The notes beneath the pieces were generated by a model that searched no databases, had not been told where the DNA came from, and saw nothing but the letters and a program-made list of their open reading frames with translations. From Escherichia coli (GTDB taxonomy: Bacteria; Pseudomonadota; Gammaproteobacteria; Enterobacterales; Enterobacteriaceae), in NCBI RefSeq assembly GCF_001677475.2, contig NZ_CP015229.1: a stretch of DNA of 64,000 nt. One strand, 5' to 3'. Positions 21,895 to 33,114 of this stretch are shown piece by piece (the first letter of the stretch is position 1; each line of letters begins with the position of its first letter). Both the position numbers and the translations under genes were made by a program.

Positions 21895-21922
21895 ATCGCT
21901 AAGGTGGAAGCGGTAGTAAAAC

Positions 21923-21994
21923 GTGAAGGATAACGTTGCGTCAGCAACGGCCCGAAGGGCGAGACGAAGTCGAGTCATCCTGCACGACCCACCA
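21923..21994 (+). repeat. Spacer repeat ending in a tRNA-Lys 3' fragment (tcctgcacgacccacca)
   Basis: gtgaaggataacgttgcg.cagcaacggcccg.agggcgag..gaag.cgagtcatcctgcacgacccacca recurs three times in the array. Confidence 0.7.
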
Positions 21995-22029
21995 CTAACA
22001 TAGTTAGTTGTAGTATCCAGCGTAGTATC

Positions 22030-22105
22030 GGGTGATTAGCTCAGCTGGGAGAGCACCTCCCTTACAAGGAGGGGGTCGGCGGTTCGATCCCGTCATCACC
22101 CACCA
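22030..22105 (+). tRNA. valT: tRNA-Val (anticodon UAC)
   Basis: 76-nt gggtgattagctcagctgggagagcacctcccttacaaggaggg...cacccacca. Confidence 0.97.
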
Positions 22106-22107
22106 CC

Positions 22108-22183
22108 GGGTCGTTAGCTCAGTTGGTAGAGCAGTTGACTTTTAATCAATTGGTCGCAGGTTCGAATCCTGCACGACCCACCA
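22108..22183 (+). tRNA. lysW: tRNA-Lys (UUU)
   Basis: Identical to the first tRNA-Lys copy. Confidence 0.97.
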
Positions 22184-22234
22184 CTAATTACGGTGGGTTC
22201 GGTGGAAGTAGTTTGTAGTATCCAGCGCAGTATC

Positions 22235-22310
22235 GGGTGATTAGCTCAGCTGGGAGAGCACCTCCCTTACAAGGAGGGGGTCGGCGGTTCGATCCCGTCA
22301 TCACCCACCA
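22235..22310 (+). tRNA. valZ: tRNA-Val (UAC)
   Basis: Identical to the first tRNA-Val copy. Confidence 0.97.
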
Positions 22311-22313
22311 CTC

Positions 22314-22389
22314 GGGTCGTTAGCTCAGTTGGTAGAGCAGTTGACTTTTAATCAATTGGTCGCAGGTTCGAATCCTGCACGACCCACCA
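22314..22389 (+). tRNA. lysY: tRNA-Lys (UUU)
   Basis: Identical tRNA-Lys copy. Confidence 0.97.
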
Positions 22390-22417
22390 ATTTTAACATC
22401 AAACTCAGATGTTAAGC

Positions 22418-22487
22418 GTGAAGGATAACGTTGCGCCAGCAACGGCCCGTAGGGCGAGCGAAGCGAGTCATCCTGCACGACACACCA
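22418..22487 (+). repeat. Spacer repeat with degenerate tRNA-Lys 3' fragment (tcctgcacgacacacca)
   Basis: Second copy of the spacer element, with one substitution in the acceptor-stem fragment. Confidence 0.7.
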
Positions 22488-22535
22488 ATTTTAAAGATTG
22501 GTTCCGAGTAGAAATCTTTCAGGTAACACCCGTAT

Positions 22536-22611
22536 GGGTCGTTAGCTCAGTTGGTAGAGCAGTTGACTTTTAATCAATTGGTCGCAGGTTCGAATCCTGC
22601 ACGACCCACCA
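22536..22611 (+). tRNA. lysZ: tRNA-Lys (UUU)
   Basis: Identical tRNA-Lys copy. Confidence 0.97.
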
Positions 22612-22644
22612 TCCTGAATGATTAAAGCAGCATAATCCCGCAAG

Positions 22645-22720
22645 GGGTCGTTAGCTCAGTTGGTAGAGCAGTTGACTTTTAATCAATTGGTCGCAGGTTC
22701 GAATCCTGCACGACCCACCA
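22645..22720 (+). tRNA. lysQ: tRNA-Lys (UUU)
   Basis: Identical tRNA-Lys copy, last gene of the array. Confidence 0.97.
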
Positions 22721-22724
22721 ATGT

Positions 22725-22751
22725 AAAAAAGCGCCCTAAAGGCGCTTTTTT
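22725..22751 (+). terminator. Rho-independent terminator of the tRNA operon
   Basis: aaaaaagcgccctaaaggcgctttttt: GC stem flanked by A- and T-runs. Confidence 0.85.
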
Positions 22752-22775
22752 GCTATCTGAGATATTCAAAGATTC

Positions 22776-22876
22776 GAACCTGCAGCAGGTTCGAGTTGAG
22801 CGCAGCGAAACAACGGAGCCGCTCGCGGCGACGGCCCGAAGGGCGAGCGAAGCGAGTCATCCTGCACGACCCACCA
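22776..22876 (+). repeat. Third spacer repeat with tRNA 3' fragment, downstream of the terminator
   Basis: gattcgaacctgcagcaggttcgag...cggcccgaagggcgagcgaagcgagtcatcctgcacgacccacca; T-arm-like and acceptor-like fragments without a full tRNA. Confidence 0.65.
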
Positions 22877-22880
22877 ATGC

Positions 22881-22907
22881 AAAAAAGCGCCCTAAAGGCG
22901 CTTTTTT
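22881..22907 (+). terminator. Duplicate copy of the tRNA-operon terminator hairpin
   Basis: Exact repeat of aaaaaagcgccctaaaggcgctttttt. Confidence 0.8.
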
Positions 22908-23063
22908 GCTATTCAGGCATCTCTCAATTTCAATTCTTGACCCTGATGACATACTCCGCGCTTGCTGCGTAAACAACTCTACGTCGGAGGAATAAGACGC
23001 AAAGTGTGGCATTCGGCATCTCATACGTAATTCGAGTGACTTTTCCCCACCATTCGACTATCT

Positions 23064-23081
23064 TGTTTAGCATATAAAACA
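23064..23081 (+). promoter_or_regulatory. Possible NadR operator (NAD box-like palindrome) upstream of nadA
   Basis: tgtttagcatataaaaca inverted repeat about 70 bp upstream of the nadA start; nadA is a known NadR target, exact box boundaries uncertain. Confidence 0.35.
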
Positions 23082-23153
23082 AATTTCACCGATAACAGCG
23101 AATATTACGCTCATGTCGGTTTTAACGTTAAGCCTGTAAAACGAGATGGTAAG

Positions 23154-24197
23154 ATGAGCGTGATGTTTGATCCAGACACGGCGATTTATCCTTTCCCCCC
23201 GAAGCCGACGCCGTTAAGCATTGATGAAAAAGCGTATTACCGCGAGAAGATAAAACGTCTGCTAAAAGAACGTAATGCGGTGATGGTTGCCCATTACTAT
23301 ACCGATCCCGAAATTCAACAACTGGCAGAAGAAACCGGTGGCTGTATTTCTGATTCTCTGGAAATGGCGCGCTTCGGTGCAAAGCATCCCGCTTCTACGT
23401 TGTTAGTCGCTGGGGTGAGATTTATGGGAGAAACCGCCAAAATTCTCAGTCCGGAAAAAACAATTCTGATGCCGACACTTCAGGCTGAATGTTCACTGGA
23501 TCTCGGCTGCCCTGTTGAAGAATTTAACGCATTTTGCGATGCCCATCCCGATCATACTGTCGTCGTCTACGCCAACACTTCTGCTGCGGTAAAAGCGCGG
23601 GCAGATTGGGTGGTAACTTCAAGCATTGCCGTCGAACTTATTGATCATCTGGATAGTTTGGGTGAAAAAATCATCTGGGCACCCGACAAACATCTGGGAC
23701 GTTACGTGCAAAAACAGACGGGCGCAGACATTTTATGCTGGCAGGGTGCCTGCATTGTGCATGATGAATTTAAGACTCAGGCGTTAACCCGCTTGCAAGA
23801 AGAATACCCGGATGCTGCCATACTGGTGCATCCAGAATCACCGCAAGCTATTGTAGAGATGGCGGATGCGGTCGGTTCCACCAGTCAACTGATTGCTGCT
23901 GCGAAAACATTGCCACATCAGCGACTTATCGTGGCAACCGATCGGGGTATTTTCTACAAAATGCAGCAGGCGGTGCCAGATAAAGAGTTACTGGAAGCAC
24001 CAACCGCGGGTGAGGGCGCAACCTGCCGCAGCTGCGCGCATTGTCCGTGGATGGCCATGAATGGCCTTCAGGCCATCGCAGAGGCATTAGAACAGGAAGG
24101 AAGCAATCACGAGGTTCATGTTGAGGAAAGGCTGCGAGAGAGGGCGCTGGTGCCGCTCAATCGTATGCTGGATTTTGCGGCTACACTACGTGGATAA
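23154..24197 (+). CDS. nadA: Quinolinate synthase A
   Basis: 347-aa [21 protein letters not shown]... recognised as NadA. Confidence 0.96.
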   Translation: MSVMFDPDTAIYPFPPKPTPLSIDEKAYYREKIKRLLKERNAVMVAHYYTDPEIQQLAEETGGCISDSLEMARFGAKHPASTLLVAGVRFMGETAKILSPEKTILMPTLQAECSLDLGCPVEEFNAFCDAHPDHTVVVYANTSAAVKARADWVVTSSIAVELIDHLDSLGEKIIWAPDKHLGRYVQKQTGADILCWQGACIVHDEFKTQALTRLQEEYPDAAILVHPESPQAIVEMADAVGSTSQLIAAAKTLPHQRLIVATDRGIFYKMQQAVPDKELLEAPTAGEGATCRSCAHCPWMAMNGLQAIAEALEQEGSNHEVHVEERLRERALVPLNRMLDFAATLRG

Positions 24198-24234
24198 CGA
24201 ATAATAAGGCGTAACGTTACGCTTTGGGGGAAAG

Positions 24235-24954
24235 ATGGATTTTTTTAGTGTGCAGAATATCCTGGTACATATACCAATAGGGGCAGGCGGTTATGATCTC
24301 TCATGGATCGAAGCGGTAGGCACGATCGCCGGGTTGCTGTGTATTGGCCTTGCCAGTCTGGAGAAGATCAGCAACTACTTCTTTGGCCTGATCAACGTCA
24401 CCTTGTTTGGCATTATTTTCTTTCAGATTCAGCTGTATGCCAGCCTGCTATTACAGGTGTTTTTCTTTGCCGCGAATATTTACGGTTGGTATGCGTGGTC
24501 GCGACAAACCAGTCAGAACGAGGCGGAGTTGAAAATTCGCTGGTTGCCATTGCCGAAGGCGCTAAGCTGGTTGGCGGTTTGCGTTGTTTCGATTGGTCTG
24601 ATGACGGTATTTATCAATCCGGTGTTTGCATTTTTGACCCGCGTGGCAGTCATGATCATGCAAGCATTAGGATTACAGGTTGTGATGCCTGAACTGCAAC
24701 CGGACGCTTTCCCGTTCTGGGATTCATGCATGATGGTGTTATCTATCGTGGCAATGATTCTGATGACGCGTAAGTATGTGGAAAACTGGCTGTTGTGGGT
24801 GATTATTAACGTAATTAGCGTCGTTATTTTTGCACTTCAGGGCGTTTACGCCATGTCTCTGGAGTACATCATCCTGACCTTTATTGCCCTTAACGGCAGC
24901 CGGATGTGGATCAACAGCGCACGCGAAAGAGGTTCACGCGCGCTGTCCCATTAA
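24235..24954 (+). CDS. pnuC: Nicotinamide riboside transporter PnuC
   Basis: 239-aa multi-TM ORF downstream of nadA. Confidence 0.95.
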   Translation: MDFFSVQNILVHIPIGAGGYDLSWIEAVGTIAGLLCIGLASLEKISNYFFGLINVTLFGIIFFQIQLYASLLLQVFFFAANIYGWYAWSRQTSQNEAELKIRWLPLPKALSWLAVCVVSIGLMTVFINPVFAFLTRVAVMIMQALGLQVVMPELQPDAFPFWDSCMMVLSIVAMILMTRKYVENWLLWVIINVISVVIFALQGVYAMSLEYIILTFIALNGSRMWINSARERGSRALSH

Positions 24955-25892
24955 TGGTGATGATGTGAATGGCCAGACACCCCTTCATTCAGGTGGCAGT
25001 CTGGCCCATGACAAGGTTGATATTCCATCTGAATAGTGGCGTGCTCAATCTGATAGTGATCCATCAGGTAGTGTTGGATCTGATCTAACAAGGCATCGTG
25101 ATCGTGTGGCGGGATCACCTGCACATGCAGCGTCATCACCGGCTTCTCGCCTACCATCCATACATGTACATGGTGCACATTGCGGACTTCCGGGATTTCC
25201 CGGCACATACGACGCTTCAGTTCAGCGATATCCAGCGATACCGGTGCACCTTCAAGTAATTCATTCACGCTATCTTTCAACAGTCGCCACGCGCTACGCA
25301 GAACCAGAAGCGACACCAGTATTGAGAGAATGGGGTCAGCAGGTGTCCAGCCGGTCCAGATAATAATCAACGCGGCAATAATAGCCCCAACCGAACCCAG
25401 CAGGTCCCCGAGCACATGCAGTGCCGCTGCTCGCACGTTGAGGTTTTTCTCTTCGCTGCCGTGATGAAGTAACCAGAAAGAAAGTATATTTGCCAGCAGC
25501 CCAGCCACGGCAATTGCCATCATCATGCCGCCCTCGACCGGACGCGGAGTGCGGAAGCGTTCTATCGCCTCCCAGACAATCAAAATAGTAATCACCACCA
25601 GGGCGATGGCATTCACAAACGCCGCGAGCGTGGTCAATCTTAGCCAACCGAAAGTGTGGCGAATGGTGGGAGGACGACGGGAAAATTGTACTGCGAGTAG
25701 GGCGAAAAGCAGGGCGGCAGTATCGGTCAACATATGACCCGCATCGGCCAGCAATGCCAGAGAACCGGAAAGAAAACCACCAATGACTTCTACGAGCATA
25801 AACCCGGCAGTCACGCCGAAAGCATACAACAAGCGACGAGCATTATTATCTTCTGGCAGGTGTGAGGACGTGTGTGAGTGTGAGTGCGCCAT
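24951..25892 (-). CDS. zitB: Zinc/cation diffusion facilitator ZitB
   Basis: 313-aa CDF-family ORF with His-rich termini ([11 protein letters not shown]..., ...SGHSHHHH). Confidence 0.95.
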   Translation of the reverse strand: MAHSHSHTSSHLPEDNNARRLLYAFGVTAGFMLVEVIGGFLSGSLALLADAGHMLTDTAALLFALLAVQFSRRPPTIRHTFGWLRLTTLAAFVNAIALVVITILIVWEAIERFRTPRPVEGGMMMAIAVAGLLANILSFWLLHHGSEEKNLNVRAAALHVLGDLLGSVGAIIAALIIIWTGWTPADPILSILVSLLVLRSAWRLLKDSVNELLEGAPVSLDIAELKRRMCREIPEVRNVHHVHVWMVGEKPVMTLHVQVIPPHDHDALLDQIQHYLMDHYQIEHATIQMEYQPCHGPDCHLNEGVSGHSHHHH

Positions 25893-26005
25893 GACGAGTC
25901 ATCCCTTAATTATTCTCACTTAACTTTATGACATCATACTGCTTTTAGAAGGGAAAAATTAAAAGGGAGAGACTCCGCTCTCCCATTATTGGCTATTTCG
26001 CAGGG

Positions 26006-26386
26006 TTACTGCGTGGTACCGTCGGTTTTGGTATCGACATCATTGTTGATGCCATCACCGGTTTGGACTTTTTTATTGATATCCGGGCAGCGACCATCTT
26101 TGCACATGGTGTTCTTGTGCTCTTCATCTTTGGTCATGCCGTCATTGTTCATTGAAGAACCATCCGGATGCAGCATTGTGCCGCCAGAACCGGTATTTAC
26201 CCCGTTATTGTCGACGTTATTTGGCGCGACATTTTCACGGGCATCAGGGGCTACCTGGCCCGCATCAGCTGCGGCGTTTGCCTGGCCGTTATTGCTTTGC
26301 GCTCCGCTATCGGCAGCCAGTGCGGCACCGCTGGCAAGGCTTAGAGTGGCAGTCAAAAATAGTGTGGCCAGTTTTGTCATTTTCAT
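26006..26386 (-). CDS. ybgS: Secreted protein YbgS (unknown function)
   Basis: 126-aa ORF with signal peptide [24 protein letters not shown] and Asn/Asp/Gly-rich mature part. Confidence 0.9.
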   Translation of the reverse strand: MKMTKLATLFLTATLSLASGAALAADSGAQSNNGQANAAADAGQVAPDARENVAPNNVDNNGVNTGSGGTMLHPDGSSMNNDGMTKDEEHKNTMCKDGRCPDINKKVQTGDGINNDVDTKTDGTTQ

Positions 26387-26613
26387 AGGATGCTCCTGTT
26401 ATGGTCGTTATGTCGGATAACCTCTTCCAACAGTGCATTTGCAGGTGAATATAAGGCAATGGTTTAAGATTTCAGCCAGGCAAAGATACCCAGCAGAGAA
26501 TCTTGAAATAATTAACAAACAAAGGAGTTACAGTTAGAAATTGTAGGAGAGATCTCGTTTTTCGCGACAATCTGGCGTTTTTCTTGCTAATTCCAGGATT
26601 AATCCGTTCATAG

Positions 26614-26631
26614 TGTAAAACCCCGTTTACA
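26614..26631 (+). promoter_or_regulatory. TyrR box upstream of aroG
   Basis: tgtaaa-accccg-tttaca fits TGTAAA-N6-TTTACA; aroG is a TyrR-regulon gene (established knowledge). Confidence 0.6.
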
Positions 26632-26701
26632 CATTCTGACGGAAGATATAGATTGGAAGTATTGCATTCACCAAGATAAGTATGGCAACACTGGAACAGA
26701 C

Positions 26702-27754
26702 ATGAATTATCAGAACGACGATTTACGCATCAAAGAAATCAAAGAGTTACTTCCTCCTGTCGCATTGCTGGAAAAATTCCCCGCTACTGAAAATGCCGCG
26801 AATACGGTCGCCCATGCCCGAAAAGCGATCCATAAGATCCTGAAAGGTAATGATGATCGCCTGTTGGTGGTGATTGGCCCGTGCTCAATTCATGATCCTG
26901 TCGCGGCTAAAGAGTATGCCATTCGCTTGCTGGCGCTGCGTGAAGAGCTGAAAGATGAGCTGGAAATCGTAATGCGCGTCTATTTTGAAAAGCCGCGTAC
27001 CACGGTGGGCTGGAAAGGGCTGATTAACGATCCGCATATGGATAACAGTTTCCAGATCAACGACGGTCTGCGTATTGCCCGTAAATTGCTGCTCGATATT
27101 AACGACAGCGGTTTGCCAGCGGCGGGTGAGTTTCTTGATATGATCACTCCACAATATCTCGCTGACCTGATGAGCTGGGGCGCAATTGGCGCACGTACCA
27201 CCGAATCGCAGGTGCACCGCGAACTGGCGTCTGGTCTTTCTTGTCCGGTCGGCTTCAAAAATGGCACCGACGGTACGATTAAAGTGGCTATCGATGCCAT
27301 TAATGCCGCCGGTGCGCCGCACTGCTTCCTGTCTGTAACCAAATGGGGGCATTCGGCGATTGTGAATACCAGCGGTAACGGTGATTGCCATATCATTCTG
27401 CGCGGCGGTAAAGAGCCTAACTACAGTGCGAAACACGTTGCTGAAGTGAAAGAAGGGCTGAACAAGGCGGGTTTACCGGCGCAGGTGATGATCGATTTCA
27501 GCCATGCAAATTCGTCCAAACAGTTCAAAAAGCAGATGGAAGTTTGCGCTGACGTTTGCCAGCAAATTGCCGGTGGCGAAAAAGCTATTATTGGCGTGAT
27601 GGTTGAAAGCCACCTGGCGGAAGGGAACCAGAGCCTGGAAAGCGGTGAGCCGCTGGCCTATGGCAAGAGTATCACCGACGCCTGCATTGGCTGGGAAGAT
27701 ACCGATACTCTGTTACGTCAACTGGCGAATGCAGTAAAAGCGCGTCGCGGGTAA
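26702..27754 (+). CDS. aroG: DAHP synthase, Phe-sensitive
   Basis: 350-aa ORF MNYQNDDLRIKEIKELLPPVALLEKFPA... recognised as AroG. Confidence 0.97.
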   Translation: MNYQNDDLRIKEIKELLPPVALLEKFPATENAANTVAHARKAIHKILKGNDDRLLVVIGPCSIHDPVAAKEYAIRLLALREELKDELEIVMRVYFEKPRTTVGWKGLINDPHMDNSFQINDGLRIARKLLLDINDSGLPAAGEFLDMITPQYLADLMSWGAIGARTTESQVHRELASGLSCPVGFKNGTDGTIKVAIDAINAAGAPHCFLSVTKWGHSAIVNTSGNGDCHIILRGGKEPNYSAKHVAEVKEGLNKAGLPAQVMIDFSHANSSKQFKKQMEVCADVCQQIAGGEKAIIGVMVESHLAEGNQSLESGEPLAYGKSITDACIGWEDTDTLLRQLANAVKARRG

Positions 27755-27785
27755 TTTATAGTCGAATCGCATGACTGTAAGTTTG

Positions 27786-27818
27786 TAGCCTTGATAAGAC
27801 GCGCAGCGTCGCATCAAG
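27786..27818. repeat. REP-like palindromic element between aroG and gpmA
   Basis: gccttgataagacgcgcagcgtcgcatcaagc imperfect palindrome resembling REP. Confidence 0.5.
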
Positions 27819-27845
27819 CAATGTGCTCCATTGTTAGCAACGACA

Positions 27846-27887
27846 AACAAAAAAGCCGACTCACTTGCAGTCGGCTTTCTCATTTTT
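27846..27887. terminator. Bidirectional rho-independent terminator between convergent aroG and gpmA
   Basis: aaaaaagccgactcacttgcagtcggctttctcattttt: stem with A-run and T-run on either side. Confidence 0.75.
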
Positions 27888-27900
27888 AAACGAATGACGT

Positions 27901-28653
27901 TTACTTCGCTTTACCCTGGTTAGCCACCGCCGCTGCTTTCGCTGCGATCTCGTCAGCATTACCCAGATAATAGCGTTTCAGCGGTTTGAAGTTCTCGTCA
28001 AACTCATACACCAGCGGCACGCCAGTCGGGATATTCAGCTCAAGAATCTCTTCTTCGCTCATGTTGTCGAGATATTTCACCAGCGCACGCAGGGAGTTAC
28101 CATGAGCGGCGATGATGACGCGCTCACCGCTCTTCATACGCGGCAGAATGGTTTCATTCCAGTAAGGGATCACGCGATCAATGGTCAGCGCTAGACTTTC
28201 AGTCAGCGGCAGTTCTTTCTCGCTCAGCTTCGCGTAACGCGGATCGTGACCCGGATAACGCTCATCATCTTTAGTCAGCTCCGGCGGAGTCACCGCAAAA
28301 CCACGACGCCACTGTTTCACCTGCTCGTCGCCATACTTTTCAGCGGTTTCTGCTTTGTTCAGACCCTGCAACGCACCGTAGTGACGTTCGTTCAGTTTCC
28401 AGGATTTCTCAACGGGCAGCCATGCCTGATCCAGTTCGTCCAGCACATTCCACAGGGTATGGATAGCGCGTTTCAGCACAGAGGTGTAAGCAAAGTCAAA
28501 GCTGTAACCTTCCTCTTTCAGCAACTTACCTGCTGCTTTTGCTTCGCTTACGCCTTTCTCAGACAGATCCACGTCGTACCAACCGGTGAAACGGTTTTCT
28601 TTGTTCCACTGACTTTCGCCATGACGAACCAGAACTAGCTTAGTTACAGCCAT
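27901..28653 (-). CDS. gpmA: 2,3-bisphosphoglycerate-dependent phosphoglycerate mutase
   Basis: [25 protein letters not shown] catalytic-His motif; internal start chosen (250 aa). Confidence 0.96.
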
Positions 28654-28855
28654 ATACTTACTCCTCAAATCATCTTTTAATGATAATAATTCTCATTATA
28701 TTGCCGTAACGAAGCAACAGCAATGCTTACGCATAACCATAGCGAAAATAGTGTCGCAGTGTAAGGTTGTTGTGAATATTGAGTTGCAAATATGTCGGTG
28801 TTTGCTGGTGATTTGAACAATATGAAGATAAAGCCCTCATGACGAGGGCTTAACA

Positions 28856-29896
28856 TTACTCAGCAATAAACTGATATTCCGTCAGGCTGGAATACTCTTC
28901 GCCAGGACGCAGGAAACAGTCCGGTTGCGGCCATTCAGGGTGGTTCGGGCTGTCCGGCAGAAACTCGCTTTCCAGAGCCAGCCCTTGCCAGTCGGCGTAA
29001 GGTTCGGTTCCCCGCGACGGTGTGCCGCCGAGGAAGTTGCCGGAGTAGAATTGCAGAGCCGGAGCGGTGGTGTAGACCTTCAGCTGCAATTTTTCATCTG
29101 CTGACCAGACATGCGCCGCCACTTTCTTGCCATCGCCTTTGGCCTGTAACAAGAACGCGTGATCGTAACCTTTCACTTTGCGCTGATCGTCGTCGGCAAG
29201 AAACTCACTGGCGATGATTTTGGCGCTGCGGAAATCAAAAGACGTTCCGGCGACAGATTTCAGGCCGTCGTGGGGAATGCCGCCTTCATCAACCGGCAGA
29301 TATTCGTCCGCCAGAATCTGCAACTTGTGATTGCGCACGTCAGACTGCTCGCCGTCAAGATTGAAATAGACGTGATTAGTCATATTCACCGGGCAAGGTT
29401 TATCAACTGTGGCGCGATAAGTAATGGAGATACGGTTATCGTCGGTCAGACGATATTGCACCGTCGCGCCGAGATTACCCGGGAAGCCCTGATCGCCATC
29501 ATCTGAACTCAGGGCAAATAGCACCTGACGATCGTTCTGGTTCACAATCTGCCAGCGACGTTTGTCGAACCCTTCCGGGCCGCCGTGCAGCTGGTTAACG
29601 CCCTGACTTGGCGAAAGCGTCACGGTTTCACCGTCAAAGGTATAACGGCTATTGGCGATACGGTTGGCATAACGACCAATAGAGGCCCCCAGAAACGCGG
29701 CCTGATCCTGATAGCATTCCGGGCTGGCACAGCCGAGCAGCGCCTCGCGGACGCTGCCATCGGAAAGCGGAATACGGGCGGAAAGTAAAGTCGCACCCCA
29801 GTCCATCAGCGTGACTACCATCCCTGCGTTGTTACGCAAAGTTAACAGTCGGTACGGCTGACCATCGGGTGCCAGTGCGGGAGTTTCGTTCAGCAC
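28856..29896 (-). CDS. galM: Aldose 1-epimerase (galactose mutarotase)
   Basis: 346-aa ORF, last gene of the gal operon. Confidence 0.96.
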
Positions 29897-31038
29897 TGTC
29901 CTGCTCCTTGTGATGGTTTACAAACGTAAAAAGTCTCTTTAATACCTGTTTTTGCTTCATATTGTTCAGCGACAGCTTGCTGTACGGCAGGCACCAGCTC
30001 TTCCGGGATCAGCGCGACGATACAGCCGCCAAATCCGCCGCCGGTCATGCGTACGCCACCTTTGTCGCCAATCACAGCTTTGACGATTTCTACCAGAGTG
30101 TCAATTTGCGGCACGGTGATTTCGAAATCATCGCGCATAGAGGCATGAGACTCCGCCATCAACTCGCCCATACGTTTCAGGTCGCCTTGCTCCAGCGCGC
30201 TGGCAGCTTCAACGGTGCGGGCGTTTTCAGTCAGGATATGACGCACGCGTTTTGCCACGATCGGGTCCAGTTCATGTGCAACAGCGTTGAACTCTTCAAT
30301 GGTGACATCGCGCAGAGCTGGCTGCTGGAAGAAACGCGCACCGGTTTCGCACTGTTCACGACGGGTGTTGTATTCGCTGCCAACCAGGGTACGTTTGAAG
30401 TTACTGTTGATGATGACGACAGCCACACCTTTCGGCATGGAGACTGCTTTGGTACCCAGTGAGCGGCAGTCAATCAGCAAGGCATGATCTTTCTTGCCGA
30501 GCGCGGAAATTAGCTGATCCATGATCCCGCAGTTACAGCCAACAAACTGGTTTTCTGCTTCCTGGCCGTTAAGCGCGATTTGTGCGCCGTCCAGCGGCAG
30601 ATGATAAAGCTGCTGCAATACGGTTCCGACCGCGACTTCCAGTGAGGCGGAAGAACTTAACCCGGCACCCTGCGGCACATTGCCGCTAATCACCATGTCC
30701 ACGCCGCCGAAGCTGTTGTTACGCAGTTGCAGATGTTTCACCACGCCACGAACGTAGTTCGCCCATTGATAGTTTTCATGTGCGACAATGGGCGCATCAA
30801 GGGAAAACTCGTCGAGCTGATTTTCATAATCGGCTGCCATTACGCGAACTTTACGGTCATCGCGTGGCGCACAACTGATCACGGTTTGATAATCAATCGC
30901 GCAGGGCAGAACGAAACCGTCATTGTAGTCGGTGTGTTCACCAATCAAATTCACGCGGCCAGGCGCCTGAATGGTGTGAGTGGCAGGGTAGCCAAATGCG
31001 TTGGCAAACAGAGATTGTGTTTTTTCTTTCAGACTCAT
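29890..31038 (-). CDS. galK: Galactokinase
   Basis: 382-aa GHMP-kinase ORF; overlaps galM start. Confidence 0.97.
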
Positions 31039-31041
31039 TTC

Positions 31042-32088
31042 TTACACTCCGGATTCGCGAAAATGGATATCGCTGACTGCGCGCAAACGCTCTGCTGCCT
31101 GTTCTGCGGTCAGGTCTCGCTGGGTCTCTGCCAGCATTTCATAACCAACCATAAATTTACGTACGGTGGCGGAGCGCAACAGAGGCGGATAAAAGTGCGC
31201 GTGCAGCTGCCAGTGTTGATTCTCTTCGCCATTAAATGGCGCGCCGTGCCAGCCCATAGAGTAGGGGAAGGAGCACTGGAAGAGGTTGTCATAACGACTG
31301 GTCAGCTTTTTCAACGCCAGCGCCAAATCGCTGCGCTGGGCGTCGGTCAAATCGGTGATCCGCAAAACGTGGGCTTTGGGCAGCAGTAGCGTTTCGAACG
31401 GCCAGGCAGCCCAGTAAGGCACAACGGCTAACCAGTGTTCGGTTTCGACAACGGTACGGCTACCGTCTGCCAGCTCGCGCTGAACATAATCCACCAGCAT
31501 TGGCGATTTCTGCTCGGCAAAATATTCTTTTTGCAGGCGGTCTTCGCGCTCAGCTTCGTTAGGCAGGAAGCTATTTGCCCAAATCTGTCCGTGCGGATGC
31601 GGGTTAGAGCAGCCCATCGCCGCGCCTTTGTTTTCAAAGACCTGCACCCACGGGTATGTTTTCCCCAGTTCTGCGGTTTGCTCCTGCCAGGTTTTGACGA
31701 TTTCCGTCAATGCCGCAACGCTCAGTTCTGGCAACGTTTTACTGTGATCCGGTGAAAAGCAGATCACCCGGCTGGTACCGCGCGCGCTCTGGCAACGCAT
31801 TAGCGGATCGTTGCTTTCTGGCGCATCTGGCGTGTCAGACATCAAGGCCGCAAAGTCATTAGTGAAAACGTAAGTCCCGGTGTAATCGGGGTTTTTATCG
31901 CCTGTCACCCGCACATTACCTGCGCAGAGGAAGCAATCTGGATCGTGCGCAGGTAACACCTGTTTGGCTGGCGTTTCCTGCGCCCCCTGCCAGGGGCGCT
32001 TAGCGCGGTGCGGTGAAACCAGAATCCATTGCCCGGTGAGCGGGTTGTAGCGGCGATGTGGATGATCAACGGGATTAAATTGCGTCAT
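31042..32088 (-). CDS. galT: Galactose-1-phosphate uridylyltransferase
   Basis: 348-aa ORF with HPHGQ active-site motif. Confidence 0.97.
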   Translation of the reverse strand: MTQFNPVDHPHRRYNPLTGQWILVSPHRAKRPWQGAQETPAKQVLPAHDPDCFLCAGNVRVTGDKNPDYTGTYVFTNDFAALMSDTPDAPESNDPLMRCQSARGTSRVICFSPDHSKTLPELSVAALTEIVKTWQEQTAELGKTYPWVQVFENKGAAMGCSNPHPHGQIWANSFLPNEAEREDRLQKEYFAEQKSPMLVDYVQRELADGSRTVVETEHWLAVVPYWAAWPFETLLLPKAHVLRITDLTDAQRSDLALALKKLTSRYDNLFQCSFPYSMGWHGAPFNGEENQHWQLHAHFYPPLLRSATVRKFMVGYEMLAETQRDLTAEQAAERLRAVSDIHFRESGV

Positions 32089-32097
32089 GGTCGTTCC

Positions 32098-33114
32098 TTA
32101 ATCGGGATATCCCTGTGGATGGCGTGACTGCCAGTGCCAGGTGTCCTGCGCCATTTCATCGAGTGTGCGCGTCACGCGCCAGTTCAGTTCACGGTCGGCT
32201 TTGCTGGCGTCCGCCCAGTAGGCCGGAAGGTCGCCCTCGCGACGCGGTGCAAAATGATAGTTAACTGGTTTGCCGCAGGCTTTGCTGAAGGCATTAACCA
32301 CGTCCAGCACGCTGCTGCCTATGCCAGCGCCGAGGTTGTAGATGTGTACGCCTGGCTTGTTCGCCAGTTTCTCCATCGCCACGACGTGACCGTCCGCCAG
32401 ATCCATTACGTGGATGTAATCGCGTACGCCAGTACCGTCTTCGGTCGGATAATCGTTACCAAAAATCGCCAGAGAATCGCGACGACCTACAGCAACCTGG
32501 GCGATGTATGGCATCAGGTTATTCGGAATGCCTTGCGGATCTTCGCCCATATCGCCCGACGGATGTGCGCCAACCGGGTTGAAGTAGCGCAGCAGGGCAA
32601 TGCTCCAGTCCGGCTGGGCTTTTTGCAGATCGGTGAGGATCTGTTCAACCATCAGTTTGCTTTTGCCGTAAGGGCTTTGCGGTGTGCCGGTCGGGAAGCT
32701 TTCAACGTATGGAATTTGGGGCTGATCGCCATAAACGGTGGCGGAGGAGCTAAAGATAAAGTTTTTGACGTTAGCGGCGCGCATGGCGCTAATCAGGCGC
32801 AGAGTGCCGTTGACATTGTTGTCGTAATATTCCAGCGGTTTTTGTACCGATTCGCCAACGGCTTTCAGCCCGGCGAAGTGGATCACGGTGTCGATAGCGT
32901 GATCGTGCAGGATCTCGGTCATCAACGCTTCGTTACGAATATCGCCTTCAACAAACGTTGGATGTTTGCCGCCTAAACGCTCGATAACAGGCAGTACGCT
33001 GCGCTTACTGTTACAGAGGTTATCAAGAATGATGACATCATGACCGTTTTGCAGTAATTGCACACAGGTATGACTTCCAATGTAACCGCTACCACCGGTA
33101 ACCAGAACTCTCAT
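32098..33114 (-). CDS. galE: UDP-glucose 4-epimerase
   Basis: MRVLVTGGSGYIGSHT Rossmann motif; internal start (338 aa) chosen over the ORF-track extension. Confidence 0.97.
   Translation of the reverse strand: MRVLVTGGSGYIGSHTCVQLLQNGHDVIILDNLCNSKRSVLPVIERLGGKHPTFVEGDIRNEALMTEILHDHAIDTVIHFAGLKAVGESVQKPLEYYDNNVNGTLRLISAMRAANVKNFIFSSSATVYGDQPQIPYVESFPTGTPQSPYGKSKLMVEQILTDLQKAQPDWSIALLRYFNPVGAHPSGDMGEDPQGIPNNLMPYIAQVAVGRRDSLAIFGNDYPTEDGTGVRDYIHVMDLADGHVVAMEKLANKPGVHIYNLGAGIGSSVLDVVNAFSKACGKPVNYHFAPRREGDLPAYWADASKADRELNWRVTRTLDEMAQDTWHWQSRHPQGYPD
33080..33095 (-). promoter_or_regulatory. gal internal operator OI (GalR/GalS site) inside galE 5' end
   Basis: Plus-strand atgtaaccgctaccac is the reverse complement of GTGGTAGCGGTTACAT. 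Confidence 0.75.

Noticed and set aside
22660-22995. 111-aa plus-strand ORF starting inside the last tRNA-Lys and running through the terminators
   Set aside because: Overlaps a tRNA gene and two terminator hairpins; translation contains the repeated tRNA-fragment sequence twice (…ARPTN.KKRPKGAFLL…), so it is a repeat artefact.
30727-32976. Plus-strand ORFs of 220 aa and 280 aa antisense to galK/galT and galE
   Set aside because: Contained in well-known gal operon genes on the opposite strand.
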